This document shows positions 1 through 8,789 of a stretch of 64,000 bases of DNA, piece by piece (positions within the stretch are counted from its first letter, which is position 1; each line of letters starts with the position of its first letter). A model generated the notes under the pieces. That model did no database searches and was not told where the DNA came from. It worked only from the letters and a program-made list of their open reading frames with translations. The translations under genes and the position numbers were made by a program. This DNA is from a virus: the IMG/VR virus record IMGVR_UViG_2935656913_000002; one strand, 5' to 3'.

Positions 1-437
1 AAGACACGCCGCATTCCCCTGCTTTTCGCGAACCTTTGGTTGATGCGTTCCTCTAATTCTGGCTGATGTCTGCGGAGGTAACGGTCAACCAGTTCCGAAT
101 TCACTTCGCTCTCTGGGCGGATGCGGTACTCGTTTGCGGACGAATGCCCCGGCACTTCGCGGACCTCGATCAGGCCCTTACCCTTGAGATGCTTGAGACA
201 CTTGAGCAAGGTGGGTTCACTCATGTCGATTGGCCCAATGACCACCTCGCCGTCCGCGCTCAAGATGCCGTGCTTGAACTGGTTGAGCGAGATCGCTTCC
301 CATTCCTTTTGATAGAAGTGTGTTCTGCGGAAAATGAACCACAGAACCTCCCGCTCGTAGATGTCAGTGCAGAGATCGTATCCGTGCATGGTGCCCCGTA
401 GAATGCTCCATGACTCGCCCCAAGTCGGCTTAGCCAT
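1..437 (-). CDS. Replication initiator-like winged-helix protein, 5' part only (runs off the window start)
   Basis: Translated by hand; absent from the ORF track because there is no stop in the window. MAKPTWGESW...EREVLWFIFRRTHFYQKEWEAISLNQFKHG...LKHLKGKGLIEV resembles the N-terminus of lambda-O-like phage replication proteins. Confidence 0.6.
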   Translation of the reverse strand, partial: MAKPTWGESWSILRGTMHGYDLCTDIYEREVLWFIFRRTHFYQKEWEAISLNQFKHGILSADGEVVIGPIDMSEPTLLKCLKHLKGKGLIEVREVPGHSSANEYRIRPESEVNSELVDRYLRRHQPELEERINQRFAKSRGMRRV

Positions 438-519
438 ATACCCGCCCAAGAATGTAAGATGATCCGCCCTAATTGTACGGGCGGCGGCGAGGCTAACGCA
501 AGCGTAACGGGTTGGGTTG

Positions 520-876
520 TCAGCGCTTTTTGAGGCGGATGACGCGCCTATTTCGGAGACTTACAGTCGGCAGTTCGGGGGCCTGAGTTGCAGGGGCCTG
601 CACGGGAGAAATCCAGCTTAGCCCGACCAGCCGACAGAGCCGTTCGTGGTTGATCAGCGCGGCCTCGTAGTTATGGGCACGATATTCGCGGCCGCCATGT
701 TCGCCGCCGAATACCATGCTCTCGAACTGGCCGGTAATGTGGAGGAAGATGGTGCTTACGGAAGCGGGCTGGCCTTGAGTCGCCATGATCCGCCTCGATA
801 TAGGACGCTCGATTGCATCGAACATCAGTTCGGTTATCTCAACGCGGCAGAGCGTATCGTCAAGGACGAACGGCAT
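520..876 (-). CDS. Hypothetical protein
   Basis: ORF with likely start MPFVLDD; carries a palindrome copy (VQAPAT) and a basic C-terminal tail. Confidence 0.55.
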   Translation of the reverse strand: MPFVLDDTLCRVEITELMFDAIERPISRRIMATQGQPASVSTIFLHITGQFESMVFGGEHGGREYRAHNYEAALINHERLCRLVGLSWISPVQAPATQAPELPTVSLRNRRVIRLKKR

Positions 877-1024
877 CGAAGAACATCTGAGAGTATTGCC
901 ATGCCGCGAGGGCGAGGCCGCAGGCAATAAGGAACCAGAATAGAACCGGTGCCATATCGCCGCCCTTCTTGACCGTAGTCGGGGGTGGCGGCGGGGGAAC
1001 GATCTTGTGAGGGTTGCGTCTCAT
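860..1024 (-). CDS. Small membrane protein (54 aa)
   Basis: Hand-translated MRRNPHKIVPPPPPP...VLFWFLIACGLALAAW; its start overlaps the upstream stop (ATGA). Confidence 0.45.
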   Translation of the reverse strand: MRRNPHKIVPPPPPPTTVKKGGDMAPVLFWFLIACGLALAAWQYSQMFFDAVRP

Positions 1025-1122
1025 GTCAGCGCCCAATCCGCGAACCTACGCAAAAGGCCCGTGTTGTTGAGCAACACGAGCGCGCCGATGATGGTCAGCG
1101 AAATGATGACGAGATATTTCAC
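1021..1122 (-). CDS. Small membrane peptide (33 aa)
   Basis: GTG start overlapping the upstream stop; MKYLVIISLTIIGALVLLNN is hydrophobic. Confidence 0.4.
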   Translation of the reverse strand: MKYLVIISLTIIGALVLLNNTGLLRRFADWALT

Positions 1123-1550
1123 TGTGCAGGTTCCTGCAAGAACGGGCTGCTCAGAACGAAGGCGGCCAGATCGATGTCCTGCTTTGGCTGCTCTGCGGTG
1201 GCGAACGAATGACCGCGCTTACGGAGGTCGTTCACGGCCATTACCTCGTATTCGACCGCAGCCTCATACGATGCGAAGTAAAGCGTCTCGCCGTTGTCCC
1301 AGCAGGCGATGCACCGATTGGAGTAGTACCCGGGCGCGCACTCGCGGGCATTGAAACCGACGAGCGGCCCGGTCTCGGAAAGCGGCCCCTGCAACCAGCG
1401 AACATAGAACGACCGGCCGTCGTCAGTTGGCAGCACCTCGGAAAGACGCTCGATCTGGCGATCACCGAAAACTCGGGTGTCGAAAACCTGATCCTTCAGG
1501 ATGGTTTCCAGCGACCCGTTCGGGTGGATTGTAACGACGATCTTGCCCAT
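1119..1550 (-). CDS. Hypothetical protein
   Basis: ORF starting MGKIVVTIHPNG and ending LQEPAQ (palindrome-encoded). Confidence 0.55.
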   Translation of the reverse strand: MGKIVVTIHPNGSLETILKDQVFDTRVFGDRQIERLSEVLPTDDGRSFYVRWLQGPLSETGPLVGFNARECAPGYYSNRCIACWDNGETLYFASYEAAVEYEVMAVNDLRKRGHSFATAEQPKQDIDLAAFVLSSPFLQEPAQ

Positions 1551-1640
1551 AGCGCGCTCCGTTGATTGTGTAATGGAGGATAGCCGCCGCAAGCAGGGCG
1601 GACAAGAAAAATGCGACGCCCTTGTCCGCCGAGCGCGGGC

Positions 1641-1931
1641 TCATGTCAGTGCGCCGCCCGGCCGCATGGCGGTCTTGATATCCTTGATCAGGTCGGCGCC
1701 GGTCTTGGAAGCATTATGCTCCCATTCCGGGTTCTGCCGGACGGACAAGCACGCTGCCGGAAGAGTACCCTTCCCATCCCAGCCGTTTGCGGACCAATAG
1801 TACCTGATGATCTCTGTCCGTTGCTTCGTGGCGGGGTCGTCAACGAAAAGGACCTCCTGAACGACCAAGGGCGGACTTCCGGAGTTGAGATACACGATGT
1901 CGCCGGGCTTGCGGTTTGACGGGCTGAGCAT
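1641..1931 (-). CDS. DUF2158/YodC-like small protein
   Basis: KPGDIVYLNSGSPPLVV matches the GDxVxLKSGGPxMTV pattern. Confidence 0.5.
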   Translation of the reverse strand: MLSPSNRKPGDIVYLNSGSPPLVVQEVLFVDDPATKQRTEIIRYYWSANGWDGKGTLPAACLSVRQNPEWEHNASKTGADLIKDIKTAMRPGGALT

Positions 1932-1953
1932 TTCTATTTTCCTTTGACGTGAG

Positions 1954-1993
1954 AAAACCCCCACGGCGGAAATCGGGGAAACCGCCGTGGGGG
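1954..1993 (-). terminator. Intrinsic terminator
   Basis: 12-bp stem CCCCCACGGCGG/CCGCCGTGGGGG followed by TTTTCTC on the minus strand. Confidence 0.6.
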
Positions 1994-2040
1994 CCTGTTA
2001 GGGGCGAGGCGTAGTTGGCCCTCCGTCTCGCCCCGATCTG

Positions 2041-2241
2041 TTACCAAGCCGCCGTTTGCGACTGGGAAGCGGACGAGCCGGACGCCTCATCGAATTCCGG
2101 CTTCAGGTGACGCGCGCCGGGATTGCCCGCCAAGGCGGCTTCGACGCTGGCCGTCATTTCGACGCACCGGCCGCCCGTCTCGCCTTCGACTTCGACCTTG
2201 CTGTCACCGAGCTTGTTGATGGTGACCACGATTTTCGGCAT
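2041..2241 (-). CDS. DUF2997-family protein
   Basis: IVVTINKLGDSKVEVEGETGGRCVEMTASVEAALAG pattern; sits next to DUF1257 and an AAA ATPase. Confidence 0.65.
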   Translation of the reverse strand: MPKIVVTINKLGDSKVEVEGETGGRCVEMTASVEAALAGNPGARHLKPEFDEASGSSASQSQTAAW

Positions 2242-2271
2242 TGAGATTACTCCGAGTGGGGGGTTGCGGGA

Positions 2272-2706
2272 TTACGCGTATTCGGCGGTCAGGACGATCT
2301 CGCCGTCCTTGCCCTGCTCGCGGACCACGGCGTGACCGGCAAGCGCCAGTTCGTCCTCGGCCACGCACGTGGAGTAGCGCTGCAACAGCTTGCCGATGGC
2401 AACGCGCTCATCCCGCAGACCGCTGTCCAGCTTGCACGACACGTCGCTGCCGTCGTGCTTCATGCCATACGGATCGTAGTACGGCAGGTAACTGCCATCC
2501 GGCTGCTTGACCAAGCCGATGTCGTGGCGCTGGTCGGCCAGCACAATGGCGAAGTCGCACTTGTTCGGCTGGCCAGCGTAGGTGCGGAAGGTGGCCTGTT
2601 CCGCGAAGGCGACGTTGACGCCCTCGGCCTTGAGTTCGTTGATCGCCCGCTTGATCGCGTCGAGGCTGGTGATCTTGACGTTTTTTATCAAAACATTATG
2701 ACTCAT
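2272..2706 (-). CDS. DUF1257 (Ycf35-like) protein
   Basis: Starts MSHNVLIKNVKITSLDAIKRAINEL; context of AAA ATPase and DUF2997. Confidence 0.65.
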   Translation of the reverse strand: MSHNVLIKNVKITSLDAIKRAINELKAEGVNVAFAEQATFRTYAGQPNKCDFAIVLADQRHDIGLVKQPDGSYLPYYDPYGMKHDGSDVSCKLDSGLRDERVAIGKLLQRYSTCVAEDELALAGHAVVREQGKDGEIVLTAEYA

Positions 2707-3209
2707 TTTCGGTATCTCCGCTTGTTGCGTGCTTGAGTGAGCGCCGATGCCCAAACACAATTCTTGAGAAAGTAACCCAACCGATTTTCGACGCGCTCGA
2801 TAGAGTAAGAGCTTAGCGGCTTTTTGCCCATGTCCGCTAGGAAGTTTTCAAATACTAGCCAACGCTCGCAAACCCTAATGCCGCGACCGCCATAGTCTTC
2901 GTAATGCGGATGCTCCGGATTGGTGCATCGTTGGATCATGTTAGCCCACGAATTATATTCTCCGCTGGGCTGACCGCCGACATAGTGACCGTGCGTCCTA
3001 GTCGCCACAAGTTTGTAGCAACCGCACGACACCGCCTTACCAGCGACTAGCGCACTGGAACGTACGACGTTGGTCTTCCCACAATCGCAGTGGACGTTCC
3101 AGTATGCCGCCCGGCCTTTCAGTATGCCCGCGTAAGACGTGGCAATCAACATGCCAAAACGTGCGCCCGTAAGGTCTCGGACCCTAGCAGGAAGCACGTT
3201 GTGGCTCAT
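2703..3209 (-). mobile_element. Free-standing HNH homing endonuclease
   Basis: DLTGARFG, CDCG, SCGC, W..M.QRC, YGGRGIRVCERW, SIERVENRLGY..NCVW motifs; lower GC than its flanks. Confidence 0.85.
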
Positions 3210-3220
3210 GACCGTTGCTC

Positions 3221-3874
3221 CTATTTCTTCGGTCGGATGTTGATAACACGCCGGGCGGGTGTCCTAGTAACCTGAACGACCTTCCCGGTTTCGGTCGTAA
3301 TGGCCTCAGTGGTGGCAATCTGCGCGGGACGGGTCTCGCGTTCGACGATGATTTCCTCGAACCAGTCGCCGTCCTCGTTGTCGTACCAGAACTTGTCGGC
3401 GTAGGGCTCCGGAAACGTGATACCGAGTTTATCGAAATCGGTCGGTGGCACAAGGTCGAAACGTCCCTCAATGAGACCGTTGGGGAACGTGGCAAGGTCG
3501 GCCCCAGTGAAGGGGATACGCAACCTCCGCAGGGCGGCGCTCTCCCGCATGTGCAGGAGGAACATACCGTCCGTCCAAACGATCTCGCCGCCCATCCGCT
3601 TCATGATCTGAAGGACGACGAAAGAACCCTCCGGAACGTTCCAGCGAGACGTTACCCAGACCCCGTGATTGCGGTTCTGTTGTGAAGCCGGATGCTGCTC
3701 GGAGCGGCCAATCTCCGAGACCATGTTCGTGGGTTTCTTCCATGCGAACGGGAACGGCTCCATCGGAGACGCACGGTCGCGCATGAACCACTGCTGCATT
3801 TTGACGGTACCGGAATTCAACGGCGCATTGGCTGCGCTGAAGCTCTCCGATCCCGCGATTAGCCCGATTATCAT
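3221..3874 (-). CDS. Hypothetical protein
   Basis: 217-aa ORF with phage-like codon use and a basic C-terminal tail; start uncertain. Confidence 0.6.
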   Translation of the reverse strand: MIIGLIAGSESFSAANAPLNSGTVKMQQWFMRDRASPMEPFPFAWKKPTNMVSEIGRSEQHPASQQNRNHGVWVTSRWNVPEGSFVVLQIMKRMGGEIVWTDGMFLLHMRESAALRRLRIPFTGADLATFPNGLIEGRFDLVPPTDFDKLGITFPEPYADKFWYDNEDGDWFEEIIVERETRPAQIATTEAITTETGKVVQVTRTPARRVINIRPKK

Positions 3875-3887
3875 AACGTAGCTCCTG

Positions 3888-4262
3888 TTAAGTCGGCACC
3901 CCGTTCTTGATCAAGATCGTGGTTGCCGTGTCGCCGGTTGCATCGACGGTTGTAAGACGAGCTTCCTTGGATGACAAGACGGAATGAGCGAGCCTTATCG
4001 CCCGCTTCACTGCCTCCGACTTGTCGCATTCCCACCGCTCCATGCACTCGTCCAGCATGGCTTGGTGGTTGGCAGGCATACGTACCGTAAGGCTTTTGGT
4101 CTTACTGGGAGCCTCGGACGGTTCGGGTTCTGGTTCTGGTCCCCTGCCCCGCGCAGCGTCGATCAGCTTTTGTCCGACAGGGTTGCCCGAGTGAACCGTT
4201 TCCTTGCGAGCCAAGAGAACCGGGCCAACGGGCCTACGAAGTACGGGGAGTTTCAGAGCCAT
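3888..4262 (-). CDS. Ribbon-helix-helix DNA-binding protein with flexible N-terminal arm
   Basis: SLTVRMPANHQAMLDECMERWECDKSEAVKRAIR fits the RHH pattern; AGGA RBS before MALKLP. Confidence 0.6.
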   Translation of the reverse strand: MALKLPVLRRPVGPVLLARKETVHSGNPVGQKLIDAARGRGPEPEPEPSEAPSKTKSLTVRMPANHQAMLDECMERWECDKSEAVKRAIRLAHSVLSSKEARLTTVDATGDTATTILIKNGVPT

Positions 4263-4300
4263 AGAGGTAGCTTTCCTAGCTGTTGCAGGCGCCTGCAAGA

Positions 4301-6046
4301 TTAAACGTCGAGGTTGCTTCCGCCCTTCTTGGGACCAAGAGACGGCCTACGGATCATACGCCCTCCCGGGGCCGGACGCGATAGACCTTCGCCTGTAACC
4401 TTGGGCTGGCTGACGCCCTCGAAACGCATACCGGAAGACGCGGGCTTGGCATTGTTCTTGGCCCACTCGTGCATGGCGTTCACACGATCCGCGAATGCCT
4501 TGTAGAGCGGTTGCATGTTCTCGGCCTGCGCCGCGATGACAGCACCATTCGGCGCTTTCATCTTGCGGCTGTATGCCTCAAGCAAACCGTCCTTGACGAT
4601 GCTCTCAAGCTCCGCGCCGACGAACTTGTCCGTACAGGATGCAACCTTGGCAATCTCCGTATCCGAAATCTCGTGACCACGCTTCCGGAGATGGATTTTG
4701 ATGATCTCGATACGCTCCTCCTCGGAGGGGAACGTCACCGCAAAGATTTCATCGAGGCGACCCTTACGCATCAGTTCGGGCGGCAAGCCAGTGACGTTGT
4801 TGGCCGTCATGACCACGAACACCGGATAGCGGTCGTTGTTGCGCTCCTGCATCCACGTCAGGAATTGCCCGAACACGCGCTGGCCGATACCGCCGTCCCC
4901 TCCCCCGTTGGACATGCCGCCAAAGCCCTTGTCGATTTCATCGAGCAGCAAGACGCAAGGCGCCAAGCTTTCGATCATCTGAAGGGCTTGCCGCATGCGC
5001 CCCTCGGACTCACCGATGAACTTGCCGAAGACCTTGCCGATGTCGAACTTGACGAGAGGCACAAGCAACGTGCTGGATACCGCCTTGGCGAAAAGCGATT
5101 TGCCCGCGCCGGGAGGACCAACGCAGAGCACACCCTTGGGAACCTCGATGCCGTACTTGCGCGCTTCCTCGCTGTACGCTTTCGCGCGCTTTTCCAGCCA
5201 GCCCTTGAGCAGATCGAGGCCGCCCACGTCACTCATGGGTTGCGGGTCCATGAGTTCGAGCAGATCGGTTTTCTTGATCGCCTCGGTCTTATGCTTGAGG
5301 ATGACCTTGATGTAGTCCTCGGGATGCTGTTCTTTGTCCTCGCGACCGTCCAGCAAGTTCTGCATCTCGACGATGCCGAGAGAAAGCGCGGTCTCGAATT
5401 CAAGCCACGTCATACCGACCGCGTTCTGGATGATGGTCCCGATCTGCGCGTCATCGAAATCGGGCCGCGATCCCGGGTCGATCCCCTCGAATACCTGCTT
5501 GTAGCAGTCCAGCAATTCGGCATGGGACGGCGGCCGGAAGTCCATGACGTGAAGGTCGTCCTCGATCTCAATCGGGATTTTCACCGTGTCCGGAACGATG
5601 AGCACAAGACGCTGATCGAACTCGCGCGCCTTGAGGACGAAGTCCTTGATGTACTGGTGAATGAGCGGCTTCTCGAAATGGTGATGCGGATGCACCATGA
5701 CGTAGATACCATCGTGCGCTTCCTTGCAGATGCTATCGAACGCCTTACCGATATCGATGGTCCCCTCGACGGTCCCGGTGGGCTTGGTCACGTCCACAAG
5801 AGACGCATCCTGAAAGGATGATGGACGCGGGTAGTTCTGCCAGCCCTTGTTGCAAACCCAGACGCGATAGTAGCAATCGTCCTTGGTGAGGGAAATGTCT
5901 TGGACGGCGGACGTGCAGCGGCCAACCTCACGCGTCCGGATAATGAAGACGCCGATAGCGGCATCTGAGTTCCTGCGGAATTCCTCTTGGAATAAATCCA
6001 CGTTCCGCGCTTCACGGGAAGCGCTGGTAGTCATTAGAACGCTCAT
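4301..6046 (-). CDS. Ycf46-like AAA+ ATPase
   Basis: Walker A GPPGAGKS, Walker B LLLDEID, SRH MTANN..LPPELMRKGRLDEIF; degenerate N-terminal AAA-like domain. Confidence 0.9.
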   Translation of the reverse strand: MSVLMTTSASREARNVDLFQEEFRRNSDAAIGVFIIRTREVGRCTSAVQDISLTKDDCYYRVWVCNKGWQNYPRPSSFQDASLVDVTKPTGTVEGTIDIGKAFDSICKEAHDGIYVMVHPHHHFEKPLIHQYIKDFVLKAREFDQRLVLIVPDTVKIPIEIEDDLHVMDFRPPSHAELLDCYKQVFEGIDPGSRPDFDDAQIGTIIQNAVGMTWLEFETALSLGIVEMQNLLDGREDKEQHPEDYIKVILKHKTEAIKKTDLLELMDPQPMSDVGGLDLLKGWLEKRAKAYSEEARKYGIEVPKGVLCVGPPGAGKSLFAKAVSSTLLVPLVKFDIGKVFGKFIGESEGRMRQALQMIESLAPCVLLLDEIDKGFGGMSNGGGDGGIGQRVFGQFLTWMQERNNDRYPVFVVMTANNVTGLPPELMRKGRLDEIFAVTFPSEEERIEIIKIHLRKRGHEISDTEIAKVASCTDKFVGAELESIVKDGLLEAYSRKMKAPNGAVIAAQAENMQPLYKAFADRVNAMHEWAKNNAKPASSGMRFEGVSQPKVTGEGLSRPAPGGRMIRRPSLGPKKGGSNLDV

Positions 6047-6125
6047 AGTATTTCGCTCCGATTTTTGCGACCAACGGTTGAAGTATAGGTGGCCGACACT
6101 TGGGTAACAAGCTAAAAAACGGCGA

Positions 6126-6968
6126 TCAACGACGCCGAATGTTGATCTTCCTGCGCGACCCGAAGAAACCAACCGTTGCAGGTTCCTGCACGGGCGGCAC
6201 GATCATATTCTCGTCCGCAGTTATGATCGGGGTCTCTTGGTCATCGTCGAACACAGCCGTGAGAGAGTACGCGCCTGTCATGTTCTGGCTGCACTCGGTG
6301 ACCACATAGTAACCGTCCCGGGCTTCGCTTTGCCGTATGTTAAGGCGCGTCCCGGGTGAGATGGCACGTTCCATATTGAACGTGACGACATCGCGGGTCA
6401 TACGTCCCGTCACAGACTGCACAGTGTAGGTAGTATCCGGCAGCGGCTCTCCCGGCAGGAGCGGCCCACCCCCGAACAGCATGGCGCGATCAATGCTTTG
6501 CGACATTCTATTGCTAAGCTCATCGATGATCCCGGGCTCATCAAGGTATTGCCGCATCGCCTCGTTTAGATTGGTATCAACCCTGACACCCATGTCTCGC
6601 ATCATCATGGTGTGCGCCTCGACAGGATTATCTGGCAACCTGCGTCCCTGCACGGTGTAAGTCGGGAATGCTGGCACGTATCTGGGATTGGTGTGGCCAC
6701 GGGCGATCCAGTCAGGCAGCGCCAAACGAAATTCGCCATCGCCGTCTATATAAGTGATCGTGTGGGCCGCCTCGATAACCCGGAGGCAGCGCGCCTGCGA
6801 TCTCTCGGCTCCATCCAGCGCCCACGTAATGATGTTAGGCCATCGGCCTTGCTCGGTGACCAGCACAGTGCGGATGCGCTGCGATCCGCCCGGGAGGTTT
6901 TCAGTAGTCGTGAAGGTGACCCTGCCTTGCATAGGACTTTCCATATGGCTAGGGCGGAAACCGACCAC
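6126..6968 (-). CDS. Hypothetical protein
   Basis: 280-aa ORF downstream of a sigma70-like promoter; start uncertain. Confidence 0.5.
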   Translation of the reverse strand: MVGFRPSHMESPMQGRVTFTTTENLPGGSQRIRTVLVTEQGRWPNIITWALDGAERSQARCLRVIEAAHTITYIDGDGEFRLALPDWIARGHTNPRYVPAFPTYTVQGRRLPDNPVEAHTMMMRDMGVRVDTNLNEAMRQYLDEPGIIDELSNRMSQSIDRAMLFGGGPLLPGEPLPDTTYTVQSVTGRMTRDVVTFNMERAISPGTRLNIRQSEARDGYYVVTECSQNMTGAYSLTAVFDDDQETPIITADENMIVPPVQEPATVGFFGSRRKINIRRR

Positions 6969-7042
6969 ACGCCCATGGGGTCAGTTCCCGCCCTTTTTGC
7001 TGCCCGAACAACGAGGCCGAACGCCATTGCTGGCGGAGTTGA

Positions 7043-7071
7043 ATACTAGGCTATAACCGTTTGTTAGTCAA
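7043..7071 (-). promoter_or_regulatory. Sigma70-like promoter of the AAA operon
   Basis: TTGACT-N17-TAGTAT; a palindrome copy lies 4 bp upstream of the -35 box. Confidence 0.6.
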
Positions 7072-7090
7072 GATCGTGCAGGGACCTGCA

Positions 7091-7141
7091 AATGAAAAGG
7101 GCGCGTCACGATGGAATGGGATTACCTCGTGACGCGCCCTT
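7091..7141 (-). terminator. Intrinsic terminator ending the structural/lysis operon
   Basis: Perfect 15-bp stem AAGGGCGCGTCACGA/TCGTGACGCGCCCTT followed by TTCATTT. Confidence 0.7.
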
Positions 7142-7252
7142 GACCGGAGCCGCAGGTGCAACGGGCCGGAGCGACCCCCTGCGGTCGGTATAGAAAATAT
7201 AGTGCGGCGATCTCGCTATGGCAAGAGCGATGTCTTGTCCAATCCCGGGCAA

Positions 7253-7293
7253 GAAAAAACCCCTGCACCACGGGGACATCCGGATGCAGGGGT
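7253..7293 (-). terminator. Second, upstream terminator-like hairpin
   Basis: ACCCCTGCA/TGCAGGGGT stem followed by TTTTTCTT on the minus strand; long loop. Confidence 0.45.
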
Positions 7294-7380
7294 CGGAGGT
7301 TAATCCGCAAGTCTAGGGAGGAAACGCCCAAGGAGGGCAGCGGTAAAGAGTAACCCCTACCGCACGAAGAGGAGTATACG

Positions 7381-8703
7381 CTACGCCGCTACGACCGACA
7401 AGGGCTTGAACACCGCGTTGGTGCCGACAAGCGAGTTCAACGCCGCCGCCAGAGTGGCAACGTTGTTCCGGGTACCCGTAAGCCAAGTCTGCACGGCGGT
7501 ATTCAGCATCGTCACGGGAGTAGCCGCACCGACGCCGGTACCGGTCGCGGCCATCGACGCGATGGTGAGCGAAGCCGTACCCGCGAGCGCGTCTGCGACC
7601 AAGTCCTGCGAGCCGACCATGGCAAGCAGATCGTTGACCGAGGCCGCGACCGAAGACAGTGCATTGTTGACCGCAGTCATACGCGCGGTCGCCGTCACAA
7701 CGTCGAGCGCCACGGTGCCGGTCGAACCGTCCACGGCGGTCAGCGCAACCGTTTCGGCCGCCAGCGTGGTAGACACCGTACCGGTCGATCCATCCGTGAT
7801 GAGCGGCAGATCGTAGGTGGTACGGATATCGTTGACACGCTTCGTCAGGCTGGCGACGGCGTTGGCGATCACTGCCAGCGCGGTATCGAAGCCTGCCTTC
7901 GGGGCCGACGTGGTAGCGGCGCCAGCCGCAGCAGCCGGAACAGCGTTGGCCGCGAGACCCGTAGCGGCAACGGTCCCACCCGTGCTGTCGGTCAGAGCGG
8001 TGAAGCCACCCTGCACGAACACTTGGTTCCAGCGGAGCGCGAGCGAGGCCAACGCATTGGCCGCTCCGGCCAAGAACGCGGTCACGTCAGCGATGGCCAC
8101 GGCACTGGTTCCGGTAGCCGATGCGGTGACCGTGCCCGCCGCCGTCATGGTGCGGTTCAGCGCGGAGACGTTCGCGCGGAGGCCCATGGTCTGGCGGTTG
8201 TTGCCGAGCGCGTCGAGCACGTGCTGGAACGAATTCTCCAGAAGGTTGATGTTCGCCTTCAGGTTGGTCAACGCGCTCACGGTCGAGGCGTAATCGGCCG
8301 CAGCCGCGCCCGTGCCAGCCGAGCCGGTCAGGTCCAGCGCAGGAAGGGTGTTGGCCGCTGCGATGGTGCCCGAGACTGCCACGAGAAGCGGCAAACCAAC
8401 GCGACCGCGCACGTTGTTCAACGCCGCCGCTGCGACGCGGATGGCATTCTCGATCTTGCCGATGGAGGTATTCAGGCTGCTTGCGGTCACGCCGCCCGCA
8501 GCGGTCGCGTCGATAGCGAGCACCGGGAGAGGAATGTCCACGTATGCAGTGGCGTTCGCCGTGCCAGTGGTGTTGTCGGTCAGGTCCACGATACCGGCCG
8601 CTTCCAGCGTGCGGCGGGCCACGTCCTGTGCCATGCCGCGCAGAACGTCATACGTCTGCCCGCCGAGGGTGTACTTCATGCTTTCGTTGATGCGCTTAAC
8701 CAT
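7381..8703 (-). CDS. Ala/Thr-rich putative virion fibre or decoration protein (440 aa)
   Basis: Repeated TD(N/S/G)(T/S)(T/G)GT motifs separated by helical segments; strong RBS; virion-gene leader motif. Confidence 0.6.
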   Translation of the reverse strand: MVKRINESMKYTLGGQTYDVLRGMAQDVARRTLEAAGIVDLTDNTTGTANATAYVDIPLPVLAIDATAAGGVTASSLNTSIGKIENAIRVAAAALNNVRGRVGLPLLVAVSGTIAAANTLPALDLTGSAGTGAAAADYASTVSALTNLKANINLLENSFQHVLDALGNNRQTMGLRANVSALNRTMTAAGTVTASATGTSAVAIADVTAFLAGAANALASLALRWNQVFVQGGFTALTDSTGGTVAATGLAANAVPAAAAGAATTSAPKAGFDTALAVIANAVASLTKRVNDIRTTYDLPLITDGSTGTVSTTLAAETVALTAVDGSTGTVALDVVTATARMTAVNNALSSVAASVNDLLAMVGSQDLVADALAGTASLTIASMAATGTGVGAATPVTMLNTAVQTWLTGTRNNVATLAAALNSLVGTNAVFKPLSVVAA

Positions 8704-8760
8704 GGTCTCTTCTCCTGTTCGAAGTCTTGGTTCAAGTTTGATAGTCGAGAGAGTGTACGC

Positions 8761-8789
8761 AACTTACGCCGATTTGCAGGTGCCTGCAA
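8761..8789 (-). promoter_or_regulatory. Possible promoter using a palindrome arm as -35
   Basis: TTGCAG-N17-TAAGTT, followed 7 nt later by CTCTCTC. Confidence 0.35.

Noticed and set aside
1462-1644. 60-aa ORF with a hydrophobic stretch
   Set aside because: Overlaps the next gene by about 90 bp and has no recognisable motif. It may be real but is not supportable.
4469-5821. 450-aa plus-strand ORF
   Set aside because: Antisense shadow of the AAA ATPase; no recognisable motifs. Such shadows are common in GC-rich DNA.
7143-7330. tRNA or known ncRNA in the hairpin-rich gap
   Set aside because: No cloverleaf or T-loop/D-loop consensus recognised; no tRNA or rRNA was seen anywhere in the window.
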